64,000 bases of DNA from an uncultured Chthonomonadaceae bacterium (GTDB lineage Bacteria > Armatimonadota > Chthonomonadetes > Chthonomonadales > Chthonomonadaceae): positions 64,001 through 128,000 of the forward strand of contig CAWFQB010000004.1 of the NCBI GenBank assembly GCA_963817895.1, read 5' to 3'. Shown in pieces: positions 10,760 to 21,537 of this stretch. The translations under genes were made by a program, and so were the position numbers. The notes under the pieces are model-generated. The model saw nothing but the letters and a program-made list of their open reading frames with translations. It searched no databases and had not been told where the DNA came from. Numbering within the stretch: the first letter of the stretch is position 1; each line of letters starts with the position of its first letter.

Positions 10760-12681
10760 TCAGGTTTCAGTTGGAGCCTCAACGGGGAAGGTGACAACAA
10801 CACGCCCGCCGCCCTGCTCTCGGTTCTCGTAATGACTTCGCCGCGCAAGTCCCAGCGCGCGGTGCTGTCAATGAGTTCCAGACCTGTATGGGCAGCCTTG
10901 CGGGGATCGAAGCCATGTGGAAAGCCGGGGCCATCGTCGCACACTTCCAGGCGTGCGGTATCGCCTTCGACATCAAGAGTAATTTCCACTTCTCCCTGCG
11001 CGTGTTTGATGGCATTGCTGACGCATTCGCTGACGAGCAGGGCCAATGCCGTGGCTTTCTGCACGGGAAGCAGTGACACGTCGGCAACATCGGCCTTGAT
11101 GTGCCTGTCGCCGGTGGTGGCCTGCAACATGGGGATCAGAGCGTTGCAGCACGTCATTAGCATTGACAACGGACGTGTTGGCATCGGCCTTTGCCTGCTG
11201 CGTCAGCAGGTCATGGATCGTGGCGAGAGAACGGACGTGCTGCTTGATGCGCTGCACCGCCGAACCGTTGCCCAACTCGTCTGCTTGCATTTCCACAAGT
11301 GCCGCGATTACTTGCAGGTTGTTCTTGACGCGGTGATGAGTCTCTTGCATGGCGCGGGCCAGGCGGACGTTCAAGCCTTCGATTTCAGACTGATGGTGCC
11401 GCAGAGCATTCTCAATCTCGCGCTGCTTGGTGATGTCGGTATTCGTGCCGCACCAAAGGGTGATGTCCCCATTCTCGTCTCGTATAGGATGAACGCGCGT
11501 GAGGAAGGGACGGAAGATGCCATCGGCTCCCTTGAGCGGGAACTCCATGTCGAAGTATTCGCCACTGGCGATGCTGGCCTTCCAGCGTCTCCAATACCTG
11601 GGGACGTAGCGGGGTGATGCACCCTCTGCCATCCCCACCCCTCCATCTGTGCAGGCGTCGTACCTGTATATTCATACCAGCGGCGGTTATACCAGAAAAT
11701 CCACCCCGTCACATCTGCCATCCATGCCAATTGCGCGATGTTGTCAGCCAGGGCGCGGAAGCGCGTCTCGCTGTCACGCAACGCTTCTTCGGCGTGTGCG
11801 CGTTCCAGACGCGGGAACAGACGGTTTGCCAGTTCGCGGAACAGTTCGATTTCATCCAGACGCCAATCGCGGGCGACGGCAGCGTTGACGGTGAGCAAGT
11901 ATTTCCATTGGTCGTCGTGATGAAACGGCACGGTAACGAAGGAACGGATGCCGAACCCGGCGTAAGCCGAGGCATCAATGCGCGGATCGGTCTGCGTGTC
12001 GCGGACGACGATGGTTTCTCCGGCCCGTGCCGCTTGCTGAAACTCCTCACTCACAAACTCGGAAAGTCGGTACGTGCCCACCAAGTCCAGCGTCGCGGTG
12101 GGTTTCCAGACATGTACGACCCTTACCCTATCCTGGGCTTCCTCTATCTCCGCGAACAGACAATGGGAGAGATGCAGATACGCGCCGAGTTTTCCCCCAA
12201 CGGCTTGCAGGATGGCGTCGGCGGAGGTGAGACAGGCAAAATCAACCTCTAGTTCGGCGAGAAAAGCAACGTTCGCCTGACGATGCTTACGCTCCGTAAG
12301 GTCTCGAAAGATTTTCACATAGCCTTGCAAGACGCCGCTTTCGTAGACGGGCTGCACCAAGCCGCTTCCAAAAAAGCGTGTGCCATTTTTGCGAAGGTGC
12401 CAACGCTCGTCTTCGGCGCGTCCGTTTTCACGCGCGTTACGCAACTCCTGTTCGGGAGCGCCTGTCGCGCGGTCTTCGGGCGTGAAGAAGATGGCGGCAG
12501 GTTGCCCCACGATTTCAGCCTCTTGCCAGCCCATCACATTTTCTGCCCCTGTATTCCAGAGGACGATGCTTCCTTGCGTGTCCATCATCACAATGGCGAA
12601 ATCCGTGGCGTTTTCTATGAGGAGTTGTAGCATTCTGTCTTGGTAGGGCATAGTGGGGTGTGGGTTCTTTTCTTTGGGCAT
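10760..12681 (-). CDS. PAS-GAF-PAS histidine kinase (HisKA_2), multiply frameshifted
   Basis: Pieces in successive frames: PAS+GAF (11371-12681), ETHHRVKNNLQ (10973-11638), ECVSNAIKHA..DDGPGF (to about 10836), and a final GGGRVVVTFP with TGA at 10760. Confidence 0.82.
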
Positions 12682-12923
12682 TGCGAACAGACAAACCTCC
12701 TTGCGTAATGTATACGCTTGGAGGTCGTTTTCATTTCCAGATGGTTCAACCCCAGTTCCGTGACGGCATTTACCTGCCTTCCAGCAGAAGATGGATCGTT
12801 GTCCCTGCGCTTCGTTGGATTATTGTCATAGATAAAATGCGGTACAAGAGTATCCTGGTCGTGCCTGTTGCAGAACGGGCCGGGAAATTTTCTCCGCCCC
12901 ATTCTGCAACGTGTAGTCACAAT

Positions 12924-13217
12924 TCAATCAGCATACTCCATCGTGCCACTCTTATCCCTCACCATGACGCTACTGGTTGCTTCGGCTGTGGTGAGGGCGA
13001 ATGTGGAACCATCCTCCATATCTAAATCAAGTGTAGTGCCAGCCTGCCGCACAGCCTTGATTGTGCCGCCGCTACTCGCGCTATTCGACGATCCTGCCGT
13101 TTTGACGGTCATGTGCGAGCCATCCGTAAAAGTGATGGTCAGTTTGCCGTCTTGGTTTTGAGTGCCAGAGATTGTCCGGCCCTTGATGACGCTCGTGAGT
13201 TTGTGATTGGCTGCCAT
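12924..13217 (-). CDS. Small hypothetical protein
   Basis: 97-aa ORF with a two-fold internal beta pattern (ITFTDGS / LDMEDGS); abuts the upstream stop. Confidence 0.7.
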   Translation of the reverse strand: MAANHKLTSVIKGRTISGTQNQDGKLTITFTDGSHMTVKTAGSSNSASSGGTIKAVRQAGTTLDLDMEDGSTFALTTAEATSSVMVRDKSGTMEYAD

Positions 13218-13942
13218 TTAGTTCGTGCCTCCGCCTGCCGCATGATACCCGGCTTTGATCGCTTCCGCTCTCCGTCATATATTTGCCTTCTTTGGTCTTG
13301 CCATAGTAGCGCGTTCCCGGACGCCAGTACGCGCCACTTTTTGTATTCACCCACACTTGCCCGTCTGTTGCGCCTGTCGGCGCAGAGGAAGAAGCTGTCT
13401 GGTTCTAGGGCGCGTTTGGCGTCCGTTGCTGCGCGCATTTGTTAACGGTGATCGGTGTGAAAGTATTTCTTGTACGCCGCGATCCAATCTCTGGCAATGT
13501 CCTGTTGCGCCGTTTTCAGTTCAATCGTGCCGTCGCAGACATCCTTATGCAGCCGGTTTTCCAGCGCATCTTTGACATGTGCGTTCCAGGGCTCGCTCTT
13601 ATACGATTCAGGCCACAGGTTTTTAATACTGTTGCTGCCGCCAAGTTCCAGCGAGATGAGGTGATCCACTTCGTATTCGCCCGGAGCATGGCTCGTAATG
13701 CCATATTCCTGATACACCTGATCCTTCACAGCCTTTGGGACATTGCGGACTTTCTTCGTGTAGCCAGGAACGCAGATGTCGGCTTTCGTGACATCCAGCA
13801 CATCGCCGGGCGTCATTTTGGGATCGGGCAGAATGGGCGGGTTGTTGCCGCGTTGGGCCAGGCCAGAAGAAGCGAGGGCAAGAACGATGCCTGCGGCGGC
13901 AAAGAGGTTGGTTCGGAGGTGCATAGAATGTCCTTTCATCAT
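13218..13942 (-). CDS. Secreted HNH-like protein with a small C-terminal domain (frameshifted)
   Basis: Signal peptide and EYEVDHLISLELGGSN..NLWP. VWVNTKSGAYWRPGTRYYGKTKEGKYMTE continues in another frame to TAA at 13218. Confidence 0.7.
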
Positions 13943-14604
13943 AGGGAGTTTAGTAAAGCCGGGTCTTCAATGGTCGGGATGTTCACGCGCTTATCCACAG
14001 CATACGCTTCCATGAGTTCGGCGGGATAGGGATGGAGCAGGCCAATCACGTCAGCGGATTTGTTCAGCGCGACATTGAGCCAGGCTTCCTCATCTTCGGG
14101 CAGGAGGATTGCAGGCATCCGGTCGTGAATTGGCTCCAACACTGCGTTGGGCGAAGTCGTGATGATGGTGCAGGTGCGGAGAGGCGTTCCGTCCGGCTGT
14201 TTCCATTCTTCCCACAATCCAGCGAAGCCAAACAACTCCCCATCTTTGCGGCGGATGTGCATGGGCTGGCGCGCGCCGTCTTCCGTTTTCCACTCATAAA
14301 AACCGTCCGCAGGAATGATGCAGCGGCGGCGTGACAGAGCGACTTTGAAGGCAGGTTTTTCGGAAAGGGTCTCGGCGCGCGCGTTGATCATCTTCCTGGC
14401 GAGGCCCGGTTCTTTGGCCCAAGAGGGAATCAACCCCCATTGCATCGTGTCCAGGAAACGTGCGCCGTCTCCCTCCACGACGATAGGAACCGGCTGCATT
14501 GGCGCAATGTTGTAGCGCTCTGTGGGAGTCGCCCGCGCCTCGGTGATGCCGAAGCGCATCTCCACCTGTTGCGGCGAATGGTGCATCGTATAGCGTCCAC
14601 ACAT
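13939..14604 (-). CDS. SOS response-associated peptidase (SRAP/YedK family)
   Basis: N-terminal MCGRY, YNIAP, WGLIP, NARAET, GFYEW and IHDRMP. Confidence 0.95.
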   Translation of the reverse strand: MCGRYTMHHSPQQVEMRFGITEARATPTERYNIAPMQPVPIVVEGDGARFLDTMQWGLIPSWAKEPGLARKMINARAETLSEKPAFKVALSRRRCIIPADGFYEWKTEDGARQPMHIRRKDGELFGFAGLWEEWKQPDGTPLRTCTIITTSPNAVLEPIHDRMPAILLPEDEEAWLNVALNKSADVIGLLHPYPAELMEAYAVDKRVNIPTIEDPALLNSL

Positions 14605-14702
14605 TTTCCTGCCTCCGTGTTTTCAGCGTTGAACTATTGATGACTACGGATACGCACCACCATCAGAAACATCGCGTGAACACTGCTGCTTACATCGACA
14701 TC

Positions 14703-15851
14703 CTAAAACCGGCTCAAATTGCGCACACTCGCCACATGCTCTATAAACTGCACGGTTGATTTTGCCACAAACGCCGCGAATTCCGATTGAGATGATGGCA
14801 CTGCCGAAAATCGGGCACTTACATCCTCGCGGATTGATTTCCCCAACGGAGCCGCTGTTTGATATGTTGTGTACGTTTCAATTAGGAACGGTTCGGCTTG
14901 GGCAAGCCGCCTTGTGGACGGCAGAAGATGCTTCTTGACATGGGAGTTATAGTGCGCGTCCGAAGGCACCAGGTTCCACATCTCGTTAATCGGCATGACC
15001 GCAATCGGGATTATGTGGTCAACGTCGTACTCGCCGGGCTTGAGTAAGCGTTCTGTCCACGGGCAATGGAAGTCATTCCCTTCCATCATTAACAGGTCGA
15101 TCTGGTTACGTTCCCAGGTAAGTGGACGACGGTTATCGGGCCGGTCTGTGAGCAAACGGTAAACTTCTCCGCGGTCAACTTGCTTTGGATCGTTGCGAGT
15201 GGTGTTTTCAGTGAACAAACACCATTCGTGGATGCACAACGCTTCGATCCACAGCGACAGGTCAGCAAAGAGGTTCCATAAGTCCTTTGTCACGACGAGG
15301 CACATATCGGAGGTGCTTGTACCGGGCAATGGAATTACGGTGCCGGGCGTATCTTTTAACCGCCTGGGCTTGTCAAACACTGTCCACTTGCCAGGCCCGG
15401 CGTAACAGATAGGCATTTCGAGGGCCTTGCTAATCTCTTTGAGGCAGGCTTCATAAGCGTTCAGTAGGCTTGCAGGATAGGTGGCCCTCTTGCGCTCTAT
15501 CCGTAGTTCATTGACAAGGAAGAAGCCATCCGCAGGGCGCGCAACACCTACCACCAACTCCCAATGCGACCGCAGTTGAGTAAGTTGTGGTCGGAAAGCA
15601 ACATCGTTTTTGGCGGACTGTTTCTGCCCCTGCCGGATCGGGCTGTCAGCATCCATGAAGGGGAAGTAGTAACTAATCCATGATGCGGCGAGCATGTTCA
15701 GCGGAATGGCAACGTCGGCTTCTTGTGCGTGCATCGTTGGAAACGAAAGGACGACATCATTGATTGCCCGCAGCAGAGCAATTTTGTACGAGGTCACTTT
15801 AGCGTCATGCTTGAGGATTGTAGAAATGATGGTTCCGGCAGGCGTTGACAT
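14703..15851 (-). CDS. HNH endonuclease domain protein
   Basis: N-terminal KVTSYKIALLRAI; C-terminal CPWT..DVDHIIP..NEMWNLVP..N..K. Confidence 0.85.
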   Translation of the reverse strand: MSTPAGTIISTILKHDAKVTSYKIALLRAINDVVLSFPTMHAQEADVAIPLNMLAASWISYYFPFMDADSPIRQGQKQSAKNDVAFRPQLTQLRSHWELVVGVARPADGFFLVNELRIERKRATYPASLLNAYEACLKEISKALEMPICYAGPGKWTVFDKPRRLKDTPGTVIPLPGTSTSDMCLVVTKDLWNLFADLSLWIEALCIHEWCLFTENTTRNDPKQVDRGEVYRLLTDRPDNRRPLTWERNQIDLLMMEGNDFHCPWTERLLKPGEYDVDHIIPIAVMPINEMWNLVPSDAHYNSHVKKHLLPSTRRLAQAEPFLIETYTTYQTAAPLGKSIREDVSARFSAVPSSQSEFAAFVAKSTVQFIEHVASVRNLSRF

Positions 15852-15932
15852 TGATACCAATACTCTCAAGCATCCTTAGAAACTGGACGCGCTCTCATCC
15901 ATTCCCGTAATTGCGGCAAACGAAGGGATAAC

Positions 15933-16313
15933 TCACTCCCTGTTTGCTCGCACTGTTTTCTGATGCTCGAAACAGTAGATACGCCCCTCGAACTGGGCTG
16001 CATGATTATGGCAGTAGGCTTCCACTTTCTCGGACACGGCTTTACCACAGAGAGCGCAATTAGCCACGGATGCAGAAGACCGTGGAACCACCGCCGTACT
16101 TGATGCGGCACTCGCAGGCGTAGGTTCTTGTTCTGAACGCGACTGCATGAATGGCCCTGGCTTACGAGAAGAACGAAGATAGTGCTTGATCCCGAACAGA
16201 ACGGCAAGCAATAGGATGTAGGGCCAAAATACCTGTATGAGCGTAGGTATTGCCATGAGCATCCCCTTGTTAATGAGGCCGCTCCAATCTATGCTGGGTG
16301 GTGCAGGTTGCAT
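15933..16313 (-). CDS. Membrane protein with C-terminal Zn ribbon
   Basis: Hydrophobic helix, then CALCGK..YC..IYCFEHQ. Confidence 0.7.
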   Translation of the reverse strand: MQPAPPSIDWSGLINKGMLMAIPTLIQVFWPYILLLAVLFGIKHYLRSSRKPGPFMQSRSEQEPTPASAASSTAVVPRSSASVANCALCGKAVSEKVEAYCHNHAAQFEGRIYCFEHQKTVRANRE

Positions 16314-16345
16314 TTTCCCTCTATGATCAATAAGACAACGACCTT

Positions 16346-16702
16346 TTAGTGCATCTTGAACGGTTCGCCATGCGGTTCGGGTGTAAGATCAGGACGGCTG
16401 GAATCCTGAATGACCTCGTGGACTTCCAGTTTGTTTGGGGCGCTGAACGCTTCCTTCGGCAAGGAGCCTGACTTCGCATGTCCCTGCATGAACGCATCAG
16501 AGTTTATCCACGCCTCAAAATCGGTACGCGCATTCCACAATGTCAGAACAATGTATGGGTCGCCAGGATTGACCGGACGCAATACTTGGTTGGAGATGAA
16601 GCCAGGCATTCCATCCACAAGGCCCGCACGCTTGCGGAAGGCTTCCTCAAACTGGTCGGCATATTCAGGGGCTACAAAAATGCGATTGGCAACAGTAATC
16701 AT
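16346..16702 (-). CDS. Antibiotic biosynthesis monooxygenase / IsdG-like heme-degrading family
   Basis: NRIFV..FEEAFRKR..MPGF..W..F..WINSDAF..GH. Confidence 0.88.
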   Translation of the reverse strand: MITVANRIFVAPEYADQFEEAFRKRAGLVDGMPGFISNQVLRPVNPGDPYIVLTLWNARTDFEAWINSDAFMQGHAKSGSLPKEAFSAPNKLEVHEVIQDSSRPDLTPEPHGEPFKMH

Positions 16703-16862
16703 TTCTATCTCCTTTGACTTCTGGTTGAGTTCAGGTCAGCGTCCTTGAGTTTACAAGTCATCAGCAAGAGGTGACGCATCCAAAATAAGGATGGAATGTG
16801 GAAAGCAGAAAGACGGATAGTGTACTCCCATGATAGAAGCCGTTTTGTGCCTTTATGTACAC

Positions 16863-17232
16863 TTACGCAGATGGTGGAACATTCCATCGTAGGCAAAGGG
16901 CCATGCCTCCCGCAACCACAGCAACGATGCCGCAAACCACACCGAGGGGGGAGGACAATCCCCAATGAATGCTGCCAGCAACTCCTGCGATGAGCGCAAT
17001 ACAAGCCGTCCGCCATACATGCCCCTGTAAAGTGCGTCCGCCAAACGTGCAGTTGAGCAGAAACATGAGCACACCGAGCCAAATACCGACAGAAGTGCGC
17101 GCACTCGGAAAATGGTTGAGCCAGATGACTAAAATCAAGCCCATCGCCATACCACTCAAGACATGACCCTTGTGACGCGCAAAGTAAGCCGCAGAAAGGC
17201 GTTGACGCCCAGCCTCTACACTGTTCATTCTT
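16863..17232 (-). CDS. Hypothetical membrane protein
   Basis: About four hydrophobic segments in ORF 16863-17381; start uncertain. Confidence 0.5.
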
Positions 17233-17536
17233 CGTTCGACCATTTCCGTAAACCACAATGCGGACAGGCATTCAGAAGTTGATTGACGCTCCATGCGCTT
17301 GGTTTGAAGAAGGGTTGATGGCAGCGAGGGCACGGGAACAGACTCCAACGTGACCCGGATATAAAGAACGCAAGCGCCCACAGAGGAAACGCATAAACGG
17401 TCTTATTTCCCAGAAGGCTGCTGATAATTCCCATCACGACAAAACCGCCGAGCCAGCACACGAAGAACATGATCATGCGCTGTCGTAAATCTTGCCACTG
17501 GGCCGAGTAATCTGGTGTTTGATCTTGCACCTTCAC
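17225..17536 (-). CDS. Small membrane protein with Zn ribbon
   Basis: Two TM segments, then CPRC..CPHCG. Confidence 0.7.
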   Translation of the reverse strand: MKVQDQTPDYSAQWQDLRQRMIMFFVCWLGGFVVMGIISSLLGNKTVYAFPLWALAFFISGSRWSLFPCPRCHQPFFKPSAWSVNQLLNACPHCGLRKWSNEE

Positions 17537-17609
17537 CTCTTTGACAACGTATGCCGCCGCTCATAGACACAAATTCGTCACGCTTTCCTATATTCTACCG
17601 CACGGCAAG

Positions 17610-18134
17610 TTACGAGAGAGGAGCCGCGATTGTGAGGAAAGTGGGTTCAAAGCGCTCTGTCTCATGGTGCGTGACCTTGACAATGCGATGAGTGCTGGCA
17701 AGGTCGCCGTCTTCGTTTTCAGCACAACGGGCCAGTTCGATCAAGTAGCCGACTGTTCTCACCATATACAAACCAGCCGGAATCTCGCCAATATCAACAG
17801 CCAGCCGCAGAACGTCGCCGGATTGTAGGCTTTCTGACCAAACTGTTGAAGTGTCGCCAGCCTGTTCTTTGTCTGCTTCATCCGAACATCGAATTGTAAA
17901 CCGTTCATCGCATTGGCTGCATTGGACAAACGCGGTGGCGGGATCGGAGTCGTATGCTTCCGAGGAGTGAGGTGCTACCATGCAAAACAATGTGCTGCCG
18001 CAGTTTGGGCAAGTTTCAATGGGCTTATTGTGTGCAGGATCATCTTCTTTCATATTGCTAATTATTTCCGGCATGGCTATTGCTGCTAGTCTCGATGGCA
18101 GGGAATTGCACCAAACACAACTTGACATATTCAA
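17610..18134 (-). CDS. Hypothetical protein with Zn ribbon
   Basis: CPNCG..CSQC; start uncertain. Confidence 0.55.
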   Translation of the reverse strand: MNMSSCVWCNSLPSRLAAIAMPEIISNMKEDDPAHNKPIETCPNCGSTLFCMVAPHSSEAYDSDPATAFVQCSQCDERFTIRCSDEADKEQAGDTSTVWSESLQSGDVLRLAVDIGEIPAGLYMVRTVGYLIELARCAENEDGDLASTHRIVKVTHHETERFEPTFLTIAAPLS

Positions 18135-18140
18135 ATCACA

Positions 18141-18350
18141 TCACATGTAAAAACTGTATCGTGGCTCTATATGATCGTCCTCGTCGATATATTTCAGAAT
18201 GCCGCTCACCTGATGCGCGGCCCGAAGCGTGATCGGCTCTCCACCATCATATTGTGTGTTGTTCCAATTCATCTTCGTGAGAGCAAGAATTTCTTGCGCC
18301 AGAAACTTTGGGGTTTTAACCGTCTGCGCACAACGAATGTGACGTGGCAG
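18141..18350 (-). pseudogene. Prokaryotic Argonaute PIWI C-terminal remnant
   Basis: LAQEILALTKMNWNNTQYDGGEPITLRAAHQVSGILKY..RYSFYM matches the PIWI C-terminal signature; the rest of the gene is absent. Confidence 0.8.
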
Positions 18351-18549
18351 GTAACAATAGCAGATTTTTATTTGGCAAACAAGTAGACGGCCCGAATGCT
18401 TCGCAGCCATCAGCCTTCCTGATGAAGACGAATATAGATATAGAAAAGTGTCGTATGGTTGAAGGTTTTTCCTGATGGAATGGAAAACATTTAGAGGCTG
18501 TGTGCCTGATAATCCGATTTGTGATTGCCTATCATTGAAAAGAGTATTT

Positions 18550-19215
18550 ATGCACCCACTTGAAAAATACCTCCGTAACCTGCATGAAATTCATGCTTCT
18601 GGTTCCGCCGTCAAAGAGACCTCCTATTATGGCGCGCTCTCCAACTTGCTGAATGATGTTAGAAAATCCCTCAATCCGCGTGTTCGCTGTATTATCAATA
18701 TCCAGAACCGGGGCGCAGGCATCCCGGATGGTGGATTATTTACATCGGATCAGTATGAGCGCGCCAGCGGAACGGAGTTGAAACAAGGTACGTTGCCTTC
18801 GCGGGGTGTTATCAAGGTGAAGGGAACTGGCGAGGATGCTTGGGTGGTGACCGATGGGCAGCAGGTGTCCAAGTATTGGGGCAAGTACCGCCAGGTATTA
18901 GTGACCAACTACCGCGATTTCGTGCTGGTTGGACAGGATGCCAACGGACATGCGGTGAAAATGGAGACGTACCTCTTGGCTCCCAGTGAAGCGACCTTCT
19001 GGGCGGGAACCGCCGATCTACACGCTCTGGTTCAAGAACATGGCGAACGCCTCGTTGAGTATTTGCAGCGTGTAATGCTACATGCTGCTCCGCTCGCGTC
19101 CCCCTTAGATGTGCGGATCGGCGACATCCGGGTGCGTAGCATCGAATTTGCGCTTGACGGTGAGTTGGAGAGCGTGGGGCGGACATTCCTAGCAGATTTG
19201 ATGGGGTCATTCTGA
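18550..19215 (+). pseudogene. N-terminal fragment of a fused (type ISP/IIG-like) restriction-modification enzyme
   Basis: KETSYYGALSNLL, GAGIPDGGLFT, GVIKVKG, QVSKYW..VLVTNYRDF; similarity stops near 19110, before any methylase motif. Confidence 0.7.
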
Positions 19216-19490
19216 TTTTCCGTCCATTTCCGATTTGTTGACCAAAAAGCCCTAATCCTACGAAACTTGGTAAGTCACCTTCCCTGTCTTTCTTCTGGGA
19301 TTATGCTAGGCTATTCGTAGTATAATCCTGCTATTGCTCTGAAGCACAATAGTAGTGGCTCTGTTATGGTGGTGTAAAAACAGAAAGTTCGACATATCGA
19401 GCATCCTGAGCGCCATTCTACATCCACGGGAATCAGCACTGTACTGATTGTTGAACACACGCGCTTGGAGATTTATCTCGGTGCGCTTCA

Positions 19491-20816
19491 TCAGGCTGCC
19501 ACGCGAAGCAGTTCTGCCATCACTATATGGCCTTGTGCAATGGCCCGCTCCTCTGGCGTTTTCTGATCAATGTCCTGCACATGGACATCAGCCCCGGCAC
19601 CAAGCAACAATTGCGCAATGGCTACTAAGTCCGTTTCTGCCGCGACATGCAGAGGTGTCATGTGCCAGTGGTCAATGCACATAGCGGCAGATTTGTCCTG
19701 TTGCAGTAGTGCTTTAAGCCTATCAGCATCACCATCAAGAACCGCGCGAAATACGGGTATAATACGCCGTGAGGCTCTTGTAAGCAAACGCACCTGTGGT
19801 CGTGACATGGCTTCTTCATAGGTTGTCAAGCCTCTGGGCGCAAAATCCTTGATAGCCACCTCCAATGGCGAACGTCCATGAAAATCTCGTATTGAGATGT
19901 CAGCGCCCGCCGTCAGCAAAATGTCTATAATTTGCGCCTGCCGCTTAATGCGCTCATCCTCATCCGACTTGTCGCCACCAATTGGTGACACTCCCGAATG
20001 AACGCCATACCATTTTCCATTATCCCAGCCAATGTTTGAGGCAGCCAAGTGCAACGGTGCGCGCGATAGACTATCCTGAGCATTAACCCACGCACCTGCA
20101 TCAATCAATGCCTGAACAGTTGACGGACTATAACTAAGTGCCGCATTATGCAACGGAGTTTCTTCAAAGAAGCATCTAGCCGCGAGATTGGCTCCATATC
20201 CAATCAAACATTCTACAATCTCCGAATGGCCTGTTGTTGCTGCCAGGCTAAGAGCAGTCTTGTAACCCTGCTTGGTTTGCTCAGTGCGCGCACCCATCTC
20301 AAGGAGGACGCGCACCACTTCTACTCGTTTGTTAAAAATCGCGACCAGAAGCGGTGTCGGATAAACACTATCATTGGCTACGGAATTGACCAACTCAGGT
20401 TGTTGTTGAAGCAGTTGTCTAAGGATTTCGACTTTACCCAACCCTGCGGCTTGATATACAGCCTCAATCTCTCTTTGTTGACGTGCCGCAGTCTCACGTA
20501 TAGTCCGCATCTGTGTGGATGCCACTTCTTCTGCGCCTGCTAGGACGCCCGTTATTTCTGTGTTGCCATGATACACTCTAGCCCAATACCAGGGGGCATA
20601 TCCACGTCTATCGCAGGCGTACACATCTGCTCCTCTCGATAATAGTAATCTTGCTACATCCGCGTGTCCGCCTGCCGCTGCCCAATGGAGTGCTGTCCAA
20701 CCGTCGTTTCCGGGCCGATTGAGGCATTCAGCATCTTCAATCAGCAGGCGCTCCACTTCCGCCACGTCGCCTTGCTCGGCTGCACGATAGATAGTCTTCT
20801 CGTCAAAAATACCCAT
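19491..20816 (-). CDS. Ankyrin repeat protein
   Basis: Repeated GWTALHWAA, TPLLVA, TPLHNAA, APLHLAA and TPLHVAA; RBS upstream of ATG 20816. Confidence 0.93.
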   Translation of the reverse strand: MGIFDEKTIYRAAEQGDVAEVERLLIEDAECLNRPGNDGWTALHWAAAGGHADVARLLLSRGADVYACDRRGYAPWYWARVYHGNTEITGVLAGAEEVASTQMRTIRETAARQQREIEAVYQAAGLGKVEILRQLLQQQPELVNSVANDSVYPTPLLVAIFNKRVEVVRVLLEMGARTEQTKQGYKTALSLAATTGHSEIVECLIGYGANLAARCFFEETPLHNAALSYSPSTVQALIDAGAWVNAQDSLSRAPLHLAASNIGWDNGKWYGVHSGVSPIGGDKSDEDERIKRQAQIIDILLTAGADISIRDFHGRSPLEVAIKDFAPRGLTTYEEAMSRPQVRLLTRASRRIIPVFRAVLDGDADRLKALLQQDKSAAMCIDHWHMTPLHVAAETDLVAIAQLLLGAGADVHVQDIDQKTPEERAIAQGHIVMAELLRVAA

Positions 20817-20947
20817 GCCTCTCCTCCAATACCGGTCGTCGTGAAGCAAACATTTTCACTTAAAAATATACCATGTTTTCACTTGTAAACCTATTGAGGA
20901 CTACAAACTTGCGATAATGGCACACTCCCTTTGAATGGATTGTGCTA

Positions 20948-21232
20948 ATGCCGCGTGGCGCTCCCAGATTACGTGCAGGTGATGGAAAAAAGAACCAAGT
21001 GGGTTTGCGTGTGCGGCAACGCCGGGCGGAACTGCAACTCACTCAAGACGCCGTAAGCGCACACTTGGCAACGGCAACCGATGGAGAGTGGAGCCCCACT
21101 TTGCAAGAGATACTACACATCGAAAATGGTAGCCGCATTGTATCCGATGTTGAAGTGGTTGCTCTGGCACGCGCATTAAAGTGTGATGCGTGCTGGCTCC
21201 TGGTAGGAAACGTGGATAGAACAAACGCTTGA
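20948..21232 (+). CDS. XRE-family HTH regulator
   Basis: VGLRVRQRRAELQLTQDAV..IENGSR..LARALKCDACWLL. Confidence 0.88.
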   Translation: MPRGAPRLRAGDGKKNQVGLRVRQRRAELQLTQDAVSAHLATATDGEWSPTLQEILHIENGSRIVSDVEVVALARALKCDACWLLVGNVDRTNA

Positions 21233-21274
21233 TTGCCCGTATGAAATGTTTTTCACACGGGCAATCAAGCGTTT
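21223..21274. terminator. Long near-perfect hairpin after the XRE gene
   Basis: AAACGCTTGATTGCCCGT..GAAA-tgtt-TTTC..ACGGGCAATCAAGCGTTT. Confidence 0.7.
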
Positions 21275-21537
21275 AATGAAGTATTAACCACCTCAAACTT
21301 GTCGCTCCTGCTCGAAGCAAATTATTTTCTCTATTTAATCGGTTGCAGAATCCATTATGGAAAGCGACATTCCACATTACTCCTCCATTTTCACAGGTGT
21401 ACTTGCTGGTTTCCACAGCATCCTTGCGGGATTTTGCAACGAGCAGGTAATCATACGATACGGAATGGTTTTCCAGTGACCAAAGATTGTTTTGCCGCTG
21501 TATTAGCGGCAAATCTAAATCTCGTCATCGGAAGTTT

